DNA from: a virus
Strand: one strand, 5' to 3'
Virus record (IMG/VR): IMGVR_UViG_3300045988_028139
Length of the DNA: 49,037 nucleotides
Under the pieces are notes generated by a model. It was not told the origin of the DNA, searched no databases, and was given only the letters and a program-made list of their open reading frames with translations. Numbering within the stretch: position 1 is the stretch's first letter; each line of letters starts with the position of its first letter. The translations under genes were made by a program, and so were the position numbers. Below, piece after piece: positions 35,349 to 42,566 of the stretch.

Positions 35349-36220
35349 ATCTCGAAGCCTCCTTCCTCGTCTGCGATTATCCCCGCGAGCACATCCATGG
35401 TGTCAGGTTTTCCACAATTTCCACCCGGTCGCTGTTGATAGCTTCCGGATCCGGCAGGTGGGAGAGGTTCGTCGTCCCAGCGTCCCTGATTGATCCATGT
35501 TGACGGGTTGGGAATGAAGCGGCCACCTTCTCGCAGCCATTGTTCCGAGGTTTTAGCTGTTGCCACTGCCTGCATGATCTTCTCGAACAGTTCGGCGTCG
35601 GGTTTTGCCTTTTCCCATGCCTTCTGTGCTGCTTTCTTGCCGACTTTCTTCGGGTATGCAGTCCAGAACTCTGCGAAACGTCGTTCCTGAGCGCTTGGCT
35701 GCTTCTCGGCTGCGGGGGTTATGGGGGTATCCCCCTTATTTTCTGGTCTACTCTGGTCTACTCTGGTCTGGTCTACTCTACCTGCGGTCTTTTTCTGGTC
35801 GCTCTTGCTTACGTCCGCAGACTGTCCGGCGGTCGTCCTCCGGTCGTTTGACTTAGCAGCAGCGCGGCGGGCTCTCGAACGGTTTTTCTCATTTTCTCGT
35901 TGTTCGATCAGCTTTCCGGTGTACTCGCTCCAGTCGTGGATCTCCAGAACGCCGTCCTCCGTTACGTCCAGCAGAGACGCAGAGGTCAGGGCGGCCACAA
36001 ATTCCTCCGGATCTTTGTCCCACTGGGCCGCTCTTGCGATCATTCTGTCGGATATTCCAGCGAGGGATCCGTCCGGTGCGTTATCAATGGCCCAGAGCCA
36101 GAACGAGATCAGCAGGCCGAGCATGTGAGCCGGTTCAATGTCGAGCTCGTCAGCAGCAGCCAGCACCTTGCGGTGGTCTTTCAGTTGTTGGTGAATTTGG
36201 ATCCATGCCACTGTCGGCAC
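35345..36220 (-). CDS. Phage replisome organizer (DnaD-like N-terminal domain)
   Basis: WIQIHQQLKDHRKV...LGLLISFWLWAIDNAPDGSL...; iterons lie in the low-complexity linker. Confidence 0.6.
   Translation of the reverse strand: MPTVAWIQIHQQLKDHRKVLAAADELDIEPAHMLGLLISFWLWAIDNAPDGSLAGISDRMIARAAQWDKDPEEFVAALTSASLLDVTEDGVLEIHDWSEYTGKLIEQRENEKNRSRARRAAAKSNDRRTTAGQSADVSKSDQKKTAGRVDQTRVDQSRPENKGDTPITPAAEKQPSAQERRFAEFWTAYPKKVGKKAAQKAWEKAKPDAELFEKIMQAVATAKTSEQWLREGGRFIPNPSTWINQGRWDDEPLPPAGSGSYQQRPGGNCGKPDTMDVLAGIIADEEGGFEI
35723..35800. repeat. Origin-like cluster: GGGGGTATCCCCC palindrome (35723-35735) plus three tandem 10-mers yTCTGGTCTr (35741-35770) and further GGTCT motifs
   Basis: Read directly, inside the organizer linker (protein ...RVDQTRVDQSRPE...). 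Confidence 0.6.
35822..35847. repeat. Copy A of the dispersed repeat CTGTCCGGCGGTCGTCCTCCGGTCGT
   Basis: 24/26 identical to 36267-36292 (differences at positions 19 and 26); lies next to the iterons. Confidence 0.85.
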
Positions 36221-36266
36221 CTCCTTTCGTGGTTTGTTTCTGGTTCGGCCGTAGAGTTCCGCCGGG

Positions 36267-36292
36267 CTGTCCGGCGGTCGTCCTTCGGTCGG
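36267..36292. repeat. Copy B of the dispersed repeat CTGTCCGGCGGTCGTCCTTCGGTCGG (intergenic)
   Basis: Lies in the ssb-organizer intergenic region, 47 nt upstream of the organizer start. Confidence 0.85.
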
Positions 36293-36297
36293 TGTTA

Positions 36298-36699
36298 TTA
36301 GTTAAAAGGAAGCTGTCCGTCGTCCGGTATGTCCATGAATCCGTCGTTGTTGGCGGGCTGAGGATTGCCATTTGCGTTGCCTCCGTTGCTGTCTGCGAAG
36401 TAAATGTTTGAGGCCACAACTTCCACGGCCTTGCGGTTCTGTCCGGTTTTCTCGTCCTTCCATTTACGGGTGGAGATCCGGCCCTCAACTACGATCTGGC
36501 GGCCTTTGGAGAGGTAGCGGCCGCAAAACTCAGCGCGTTCTCTCCAGCACACGATCGGGATATAGTCCGGAGCGGCGTCTTTGTTCTTACTCGGTACCTG
36601 CACGGCGAGGTCGAAGCTCGCCACTGGTGTGCCGCTCTGTGTGTATCTGATTTCAGGCTCCTGAGCCAGACGGCCCAGAAGCTCCACATGATTAAGCAT
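36298..36699 (-). CDS. ssb: Single-stranded DNA-binding protein
   Basis: OB-fold pattern MLNHVELLGRLAQEPEIRYTQSG...VVEGRISTRKW and an acidic tip DIPDDGQLPF. Confidence 0.9.
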   Translation of the reverse strand: MLNHVELLGRLAQEPEIRYTQSGTPVASFDLAVQVPSKNKDAAPDYIPIVCWRERAEFCGRYLSKGRQIVVEGRISTRKWKDEKTGQNRKAVEVVASNIYFADSNGGNANGNPQPANNDGFMDIPDDGQLPFN

Positions 36700-37522
36700 T
36701 GTCTTGTCCTCCTTGCTGCTTTGCGTTGTCCATAGCGGCGCAGGCTTCGTCGTACTGGGCCCGCGTCAGGTTGTGCGGATCCTGCTGTCCGTATTTTTTC
36801 AGGATCCATTCGTTGATCGACTGCTGAGAGTACCCGGCGTCCTCGCCTTTACGGTAGAGGCGGGAGAGCTGAGCGTCTGAGAGTGGTCGTGCGGCGCCTG
36901 AGCGCCCCGTCTGGCCATTTTGTGCCTGCGGCTGGGTGTTTCCCTGCCGGTTCCCGTTCTGAGCTCCTGTGTGCTGTTTCTGGCTCTGCTGAGGGGGTTC
37001 GCTGCTGTGGTCGCTCATGTCTGGATCGTCGTCGCCCTGATCAATGCCGAACTTCTCAAACAGGTAGTATTTGAGGCAGTACGTCCACGCGGAGCCTTTG
37101 GCCTTGTCCGGGCCTCCGTCGTTCGTTCCGATTGCGTGTAGAGTAACTTCCAGAGTCTCGTCCGGGTTGTCTGCGTTCGTCCAGCGGATCGTGAGGTCGG
37201 CCTCGTACACCCAGACAATGCGGTCGCCGTTTCTGGTGTGCTGCGTGAAGTTGGAGTAGTAGATCGGATCCCCGTTTTCACTGTGCCGGGTGGCCTGCTC
37301 GCCTACAATGTCAAAATTGACGCCGAACTCATTCATGGCCGGAGTGAGGAGCTGGTACACGTCGAAGATCTTCGCGAACTTGTACTTTACGCCGTCGCTG
37401 TGGGCCTTCTGGGTGATAGAGGGAACGGCTTCGCGCAACTTGATGAACTTCTGCTGCAGCGTCAGCGGTACCGGTGGGGTGGTGGCCGCCTTTGCGGCCG
37501 CCGTTTCCTTGGTTGTTGCCAT
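36692..37522 (-). CDS. ERF-family single-strand annealing recombinase
   Basis: ...VKYKFAKIFDVYQLLTPAMNEFGV...KAKGSAWTYCLKYYLFEKFGI... Confidence 0.8.
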   Translation of the reverse strand: MATTKETAAAKAATTPPVPLTLQQKFIKLREAVPSITQKAHSDGVKYKFAKIFDVYQLLTPAMNEFGVNFDIVGEQATRHSENGDPIYYSNFTQHTRNGDRIVWVYEADLTIRWTNADNPDETLEVTLHAIGTNDGGPDKAKGSAWTYCLKYYLFEKFGIDQGDDDPDMSDHSSEPPQQSQKQHTGAQNGNRQGNTQPQAQNGQTGRSGAARPLSDAQLSRLYRKGEDAGYSQQSINEWILKKYGQQDPHNLTRAQYDEACAAMDNAKQQGGQDNA

Positions 37523-37533
37523 GTGCTACCTCC

Positions 37534-38190
37534 TTACACGTCCACCGTGAAGGTGTCCGGTTTCTCAATGATCTGCACGCCCTCCACCAGCTCGCCGGTG
37601 GTTTTGTCTACGATCTGGCCGCCTACAATTTCGAGGCGCTTCTTAAACTCGCCCCACTTCGGCTTTTCAGTGCTCTGGATCATATCCTCATTGCCGGAGG
37701 CTTTCAGATAGGCCAGCAGTGTGTCGTCGTCCTGTTTCATGGTGCTGCCGCCGAGTTTCTTCACCAGAGTGCCGGAGAGAAGGCGGTAGCTGTGTTTTGT
37801 CTTGGTTGTCTTGTGTGGGACTGTCTCGAAGTATTCCGCGAGCTTTCCGGTGAGAAAACGGGTGCCGTTTTCATATCTGCGCTGAGCAGCGTCGATTCTC
37901 TGCTGGATCTTCTCGATCTGGCTTTCGCCCAGTGCGGTGATTCGGTCGAGCTCGGTCTTTTCTTCTGCGATTTTTCGGCAGGCCCAGTCGGCGCAGCCGT
38001 CGTCAGTGATACGCCATGCCGGGCGCGGAGCGCTTTCGGTTTCCTCTGTGTCGAACATGTTCATGTCCATGCCTTCCAGCTCGTCCAGTGTTACGGCCGG
38101 AGTTTCCGGCTCTGCGGTAGGGGCTGCGGTTGCTTCTTTGATTTCTGCGGCCTGCTCAGCCTCAGCTATTGCTTTCTTTGTCGTTGCCAT
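37534..38190 (-). CDS. Mu Gam-like host-nuclease inhibitor candidate
   Basis: 218 aa. ITDDGCADWACRKIAEEKTELDRI...KHSYRLLSGTL...VEGVQIIEKPDTFTV parallels the Gam architecture. Confidence 0.5.
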   Translation of the reverse strand: MATTKKAIAEAEQAAEIKEATAAPTAEPETPAVTLDELEGMDMNMFDTEETESAPRPAWRITDDGCADWACRKIAEEKTELDRITALGESQIEKIQQRIDAAQRRYENGTRFLTGKLAEYFETVPHKTTKTKHSYRLLSGTLVKKLGGSTMKQDDDTLLAYLKASGNEDMIQSTEKPKWGEFKKRLEIVGGQIVDKTTGELVEGVQIIEKPDTFTVDV

Positions 38191-38413
38191 GGTTCTGTTC
38201 TCCTTCCTTTGCTTCCAGAGCCTTGCGGGCTTTCTGGAGTTCTGCCTGCGTGTCTCTCAGTTCCTTGTCCTTGCTGGTGAAAAACTGGTACCACTCGCCT
38301 GAGCTTTTCTTGTACTGCTCGGCTTCGGCCTCAGCAGCAGCGGCACGTTCAGCCATGCTGGCAAGTGCAGCCGTGAGCTCTGCGATCACGCTTGGCTTGT
38401 TTTCGTTATTCAT
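38162..38413 (-). CDS. Hypothetical coiled-coil protein
   Basis: 83-aa ORF in the operon. Confidence 0.5.
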   Translation of the reverse strand: MNNENKPSVIAELTAALASMAERAAAAEAEAEQYKKSSGEWYQFFTSKDKELRDTQAELQKARKALEAKEGEQNHGNDKESNS

Positions 38414-39165
38414 TCGGTTGCCTCCTTAAAAAATCGGTGTCCGTTAATGGTCATTACATAGATCTGGGACTCGTGCCACTCGCTGTCCGTGAGAGCGGGA
38501 GCGTAAAAGTATTTGATCGGCTCGGTCGTTGCCACGATCCCGAAGTCGAACACGTCCTGCACGGCTTCGAGGGCTTCCTGAGTCGGTTCCGGGCGGCGCT
38601 TGCTATATGCGTACACGCGCAGCACTTCGTCCGGTCGGATCCCTTCGTCCTCGCAGGTCTGGAGAATACACTGAGCTACTGCGATCTTTCCGGCGAAGGG
38701 TTCGCCTCCAGCTTCGGCCGTGAGCACCTGAGCGATCTCCAGTCGCTCGGCGTCAGTGAGAGCGTAGCGCTTCTGGATCCCTGCCTCTGCGGCCCATGCG
38801 TCTGTGACGTCCTCCCAGCTTACGGCTTGCCCGTCCTTGTAGTAAAAAACGTAGGGCTGAGATTCCTCGGCCACCGGGCTGCTGGTTGTGATCGGGGCTG
38901 TTTTTGTCTGGGTGTGTTCTGAGAACATACCCACGACGCCGCGCACTGCGAACACGATCACCACTGTGGTGACTGCCAGCCCGCCGATCCCTTTCCAGTT
39001 CAGGCGCTTGCAAAAACGGCGCAGCCGGTATAAAATAGGCTTAGGCTTTCGCGTGGTTTTTCGATTGCCTGTGCGGCTTCCCGGTTCCGACGGGTGGCCG
39101 CTTCTTTTTTCTTTGTACCCGGTGTATTCCACCGGGCTGTATACTTTCAGCGAGCTGCTTCGCAT
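38410..39165 (-). CDS. Membrane-anchored cell wall hydrolase, SleB-like (start uncertain)
   Basis: TM segment GIGGLAVTTVVIVFAV, then ...LEIAQVLTAEAGGEPFAGKIAVAQCILQT.... Confidence 0.55.
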   Translation of the reverse strand: MRSSSLKVYSPVEYTGYKEKRSGHPSEPGSRTGNRKTTRKPKPILYRLRRFCKRLNWKGIGGLAVTTVVIVFAVRGVVGMFSEHTQTKTAPITTSSPVAEESQPYVFYYKDGQAVSWEDVTDAWAAEAGIQKRYALTDAERLEIAQVLTAEAGGEPFAGKIAVAQCILQTCEDEGIRPDEVLRVYAYSKRRPEPTQEALEAVQDVFDFGIVATTEPIKYFYAPALTDSEWHESQIYVMTINGHRFFKEATE

Positions 39166-39170
39166 TTCTG

Positions 39171-39905
39171 TTACCTCCTTCTTTGTCTGAGTTTGGCCGG
39201 GAGCGTATAGCTCGGAGCCTGCATGTATTTGTTGAAATTCTGCGGCCAGTAGGCCACCTTTTCGATCCGTTTCCCACTTACTCCATACTTCGGGTTATAT
39301 CCGAACACGTTCACATAGCTGAGAAGATCGGAGCGTTCCGCGTCCATGGCCTTGCACACCTCAAACAGTGCCGCCACGTCGTCGATCGCTCTGTGGGAGT
39401 TCTGAACCTTGTCCTCCAGCTTATAGGTGAGGATCGCGTTCGCCAGCTTGTGAGGATATGCCCGGCGGTCTTTGTAAACGGTTAGGCTGTCCAGATAGTC
39501 GGCAGCTTTCAGGACTTCCGGGCCACCGTTTCCGTGTCTCCGGAGCATTTCAGCAGTAAACAGGAGATCAAACTGTGCATTGTGGGCTACCAGAAGGACG
39601 CGGCCGCCGCCGATCAACTCAGTGAAGCGAGCGGCAGCCTCAGTCTCGGTGATTCCTTCGTTTTCGAGCTGCTCGTCTGTGATCCCTGTTAGCTCGACGA
39701 TCTTCTGAGGGATCCGCTCACCTTCCGGCAGTTTCACGAACACGTCGGCGCTGTCGGCCATGCGGAGGGTGCCCCGTTCGGTTTTCTCGACTCTGATCGC
39801 TGCCAGTTCAATGATCTGGCAGCTTTCAGCTTCGAGCCCGGTTGTCTCAGTGTCAAAAAATACGACTGCTTTGTATTTCGTGAATATGTCCCGGAGCTCA
39901 TTCAT
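39171..39905 (-). CDS. DnaQ-like 3'-5' exonuclease
   Basis: Exo motifs VVFFDTETTGL, LVAHNAQFDLLF and HRAIDDVAAL. Confidence 0.85.
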   Translation of the reverse strand: MNELRDIFTKYKAVVFFDTETTGLEAESCQIIELAAIRVEKTERGTLRMADSADVFVKLPEGERIPQKIVELTGITDEQLENEGITETEAAARFTELIGGGRVLLVAHNAQFDLLFTAEMLRRHGNGGPEVLKAADYLDSLTVYKDRRAYPHKLANAILTYKLEDKVQNSHRAIDDVAALFEVCKAMDAERSDLLSYVNVFGYNPKYGVSGKRIEKVAYWPQNFNKYMQAPSYTLPAKLRQRRR

Positions 39906-41160
39906 GGTCGTTCACCTCTGTTTTGATTGTGATCGAGGTTGTGGCTGCGAGCTTTAACTGCTTAGCGGTCAGCTCGTACATGTCCACGGCTGCGTTCACC
40001 TGAGCCAGTGTGGCGCTGAGTTTTGCAGCCTTGGCAAGTTCTTCGTCTGTTGCCTTCTCTGCCAGTTCAGCGAAGCCTTCCGGATCCTCGCCGTGCGCGG
40101 CTTCGTAGAGCTTCTGAAACTGCCGGGCGAGTGCCTGCTTGATCCGTCCGATAAAGTCCGGAGCTAAAATGCTACGCTTTTTCGGTTCTGGCTGCTTCTT
40201 GTCAGAGTCCAGATCGTCCAGAGTGTCAGAGTCGCAGATAAACCGAACGCAAGCGGCACGGAAGCCGATGCCCGGGCCCACATAGCTGCGGGAGTAGGTG
40301 CCGTAGAGGTAGAACACACCAGCGCCCGCACCGTGGCTCCAGGCGCCCCCGCGAAAAATAACCCGCTCGCCGTTAGAGTCGAGCCAGAAGTATTCGTCGC
40401 TTTCGTAGCCGTCGGCAGGATAGAGGCCGAGATCTTTCAGCTTGTCCGGCACGTCCATGTCGCTGCGAGCTTCCAGATCCGTGAACTTTACGCCGTCGTA
40501 GTCTGTGCCGTCCGGGTGTACCGGTTGGAGGGTGATCTCACCGCCGTGCACGTTGTAGTAAACCGGATCGCCGTCCTCGGTGTAGATTGCCTCCCACTCC
40601 GGCGAGTCTTTGGACTGATCCGCGCCATAGGCTGCGCCGTTGTTCGGGATCACCTGCGGCATACCGTCCATAAATCGAACGCCGCCGGCGTGTTCCCAGA
40701 TGTTACCGCACATGTCAGCTACACCGTAGGCCGTGCCGTCATGGTTCCACTGAACCGGGCCGGATCCGGTCAAGGTCTTGCCGCAGCCTCCTTCGTATGT
40801 AGTGCCGGTCTGCTCCGGGTGGCTGTGACTCTTGCCGCTTGCGGTGTTTCCGGTCGGCATGGTGTCGTTGTCCCAGCTCCAGAAGCCGAGAGCCACCCAC
40901 TCGTCGTTAGTGATCAGGTGCCAGCCTTCGCCCTTGCTCTCACAGAGGCGGATTGCTTCGTCGCGGCTGATATTCACAGCCGGTTTCATAAATGGGAGAG
41001 AGTACGGAACGCCGTCGATCAATGTGTTCTGGTACTTGCTGATCGCGTATTCCTTAACCTTGCGGCCTCTCAGGGTGTCAGGGAGTCCCAGCTCGGACGG
41101 GGTAAAAACCACCATAATGTCCGGGCGCCCGTTTTTGTCGTAAATTACTTCGTTTCTCAT
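39898..41160 (-). CDS. DGR target protein 2: FGE/C-type-lectin-fold paralog with an internal VR and a helical C-terminal extension
   Basis: ATG at 41160 with RBS AAAGGAG. CESKGEGWHLITNDEWVALGFW and GNIWEHAGG. ...IFRGGAWSHGAGAGVFYLYGTYSRSYVGPGIGFRAA is followed by about 117 codons. Confidence 0.85.
   Translation of the reverse strand: MRNEVIYDKNGRPDIMVVFTPSELGLPDTLRGRKVKEYAISKYQNTLIDGVPYSLPFMKPAVNISRDEAIRLCESKGEGWHLITNDEWVALGFWSWDNDTMPTGNTASGKSHSHPEQTGTTYEGGCGKTLTGSGPVQWNHDGTAYGVADMCGNIWEHAGGVRFMDGMPQVIPNNGAAYGADQSKDSPEWEAIYTEDGDPVYYNVHGGEITLQPVHPDGTDYDGVKFTDLEARSDMDVPDKLKDLGLYPADGYESDEYFWLDSNGERVIFRGGAWSHGAGAGVFYLYGTYSRSYVGPGIGFRAACVRFICDSDTLDDLDSDKKQPEPKKRSILAPDFIGRIKQALARQFQKLYEAAHGEDPEGFAELAEKATDEELAKAAKLSATLAQVNAAVDMYELTAKQLKLAATTSITIKTEVNDHE
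40253..40354 (-). repeat. DGR variable repeat 2 (VR2)
   Basis: 102 bp aligned to TR 831-932: 15 mismatches, all at TR adenines. Homology breaks down beyond TR position 934. Confidence 0.93.
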
Positions 41161-41339
41161 GGTTTTGCTCCTTTTCTGTATTTGCTGCGGCAGATCGGGC
41201 ACTTGTAGCCGTACCACGGGATCACCGCCTGCTTGCTTACATTCCAGTCCAGCCCGCACTCTTGGCATACTTCATAGCGGCAGCCGTCGCGCCGGGCATG
41301 AGTACGGGCCCGCTTAGGTTTCGCGAGTCGTTCATGGGA
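41157..41339 (-). other. Open frame encoding a CxxC...CxxC zinc-ribbon with no canonical start codon
   Basis: My translation is SHERLAKPKRARTHARRDGCRYEVCQECGLDWNVSKQAVIPWYGYKCPICRSKYRKGAKP*. An RBS-preceded ATG at 41335 is in the +1-offset frame and ends after 32 codons. Confidence 0.35.
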
Positions 41340-41346
41340 TCACCTC

Positions 41347-42162
41347 CTATCCAGCGGCCAGCCTGCTGCATAGCTGCCTCATAAGCAGCCGCTTGTATTT
41401 CTTCCGGGTTCTCCATTTCCGTGCGTGTTTGTATAGGTGCCACCATTTCGGGTGGGTGTTGGCTCTATATAGTAGGGAGTCCACAAAAGCGTCCACGGCT
41501 TTTCGTGCGTATTGCCGGAACTTCTGGAACCGTTCCGCGAGCACGTCCATGAGTTGTCGGACTGCGCGAGCTGCTGCCTTCATTGCGTCGGCGAGAGCGT
41601 CGAGCAGGGCGGTGGCGGCAGGTGGACCGATCTGGATCGTGAGCTCTGTGTGCTGAGGTTCTGGTGGCGACTCGTCCGGGAGTAGATCGCTTCGCGATTG
41701 ATCCGCAGTTATGAGCTGTTGGCGCTTCTCGTAGTCCTCGACGCTCATGTAACCGTCAAATATGTAGGGATCCGGTTCCTCGGTGGTTTCCTTGCCGTAC
41801 CATGGCATATCTGCCGGGAGATTTTCCGGGCGTGGTATCGGCTCAGGAGGGAAGGCCGTCGAGTTTTTCAGGAGATTGCAGCCGCCTTCGTAGTGCCAGA
41901 GAATACCGGCCTCCAGTTCTGCGATCGTCATGTTCTCGCCGAAGTGCCCGCAGTAGTAGCCGTTCACCATGACAGCGTTCGGATCCTGCTCCAGAATTTC
42001 GGTGGCAGTGCTCAGATCCTCCAGCTCGAAGGTGTCGGAGTCCGAATTGAGCCAGACACTTTCGGCGTGCCAGCTTCGGCCTGTTTTCCATATAATCACC
42101 CACGCTATACCGTCGCGGATTTCTTCGGCGTACTGCCGAGCTATTTCATGTAATGCTGCCAT
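41347..42162 (-). CDS. Hypothetical protein (start ATG at 42162)
   Basis: 271 aa with RBS AAAGGAG; no motif recognised. Confidence 0.55.
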   Translation of the reverse strand: MAALHEIARQYAEEIRDGIAWVIIWKTGRSWHAESVWLNSDSDTFELEDLSTATEILEQDPNAVMVNGYYCGHFGENMTIAELEAGILWHYEGGCNLLKNSTAFPPEPIPRPENLPADMPWYGKETTEEPDPYIFDGYMSVEDYEKRQQLITADQSRSDLLPDESPPEPQHTELTIQIGPPAATALLDALADAMKAAARAVRQLMDVLAERFQKFRQYARKAVDAFVDSLLYRANTHPKWWHLYKHARKWRTRKKYKRLLMRQLCSRLAAG

Positions 42163-42181
42163 GTTGTCGCTCCTTTCTTTT

Positions 42182-42430
42182 TTATATAGTGGGGGATTTT
42201 CGCCCGCGGCACTTAAAGCTCTCAATGAGTCGGCGCTGGGCGAGTTCGGCGCTATACTCTCGGCGCATGTTCTTGTCGAGCTGGCCGGTGTCGCCTCTTT
42301 TCAGTTCTTTATAGATAGTCGCCACATGGACGCCGAGGTCGATCGCAATGTCGGCCGGACGCCCTCCGGCTGCGTATTCCGTCTCGATTTTCTCGCGGTC
42401 GCCGAATGTCAAATATCGGTAGTTTCGCAC
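42182..42430 (-). CDS. HTH-only paralog of the IS30-transposase N-terminal domain (GTG start)
   Basis: YRYLTFGDREKIETEYAAGGRPADIAIDLGVHVATIYKELKRG compared with the transposase FKHLSKSDRIRIETLNNDGKTPKEIAEVVGVHISTIYRELQRG. Confidence 0.6.
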   Translation of the reverse strand: MRNYRYLTFGDREKIETEYAAGGRPADIAIDLGVHVATIYKELKRGDTGQLDKNMRREYSAELAQRRLIESFKCRGRKSPTI

Positions 42431-42494
42431 GTTCTCACCTCTCTTTCTGTGCTTTTCAGGTAAAAAAATAATGCGTCCGGAGGCTTTCGCTTCC

Positions 42495-42548
42495 TTTCGC
42501 ATTTAATATTATCTTTTCCGGAGGGAAAAGTCAAGAGTAAATGCGAAA
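42495..42548. promoter_or_regulatory. Nested inverted repeats (outer TTTCGCATTTA/TAAATGCGAAA; inner CTTTTCC/GGAAAAG) enclosing a promoter
   Basis: Read directly in an AT-rich gap. Confidence 0.7.
42506..42534 (-). promoter_or_regulatory. Sigma70-like promoter TTGACT-17 nt-TAATAT
   Basis: Read on the minus strand. The spacer holds the inner palindrome. It drives the HTH-only gene. Confidence 0.6.
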
Positions 42549-42566
42549 AAAATTAAATAAATTTTA

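Noticed and set aside
39898-41268. Longer 456-aa version of DGR target 2, and similarly extended versions of 24190..24993, 29527..29775, 41347..42225 and 42182..42502
   Set aside because: The upstream extensions lack an RBS, are compositionally odd, overlap better-supported elements (the zinc-ribbon frame, a terminator, a promoter), and have internal starts with AGGAGG-type sites.
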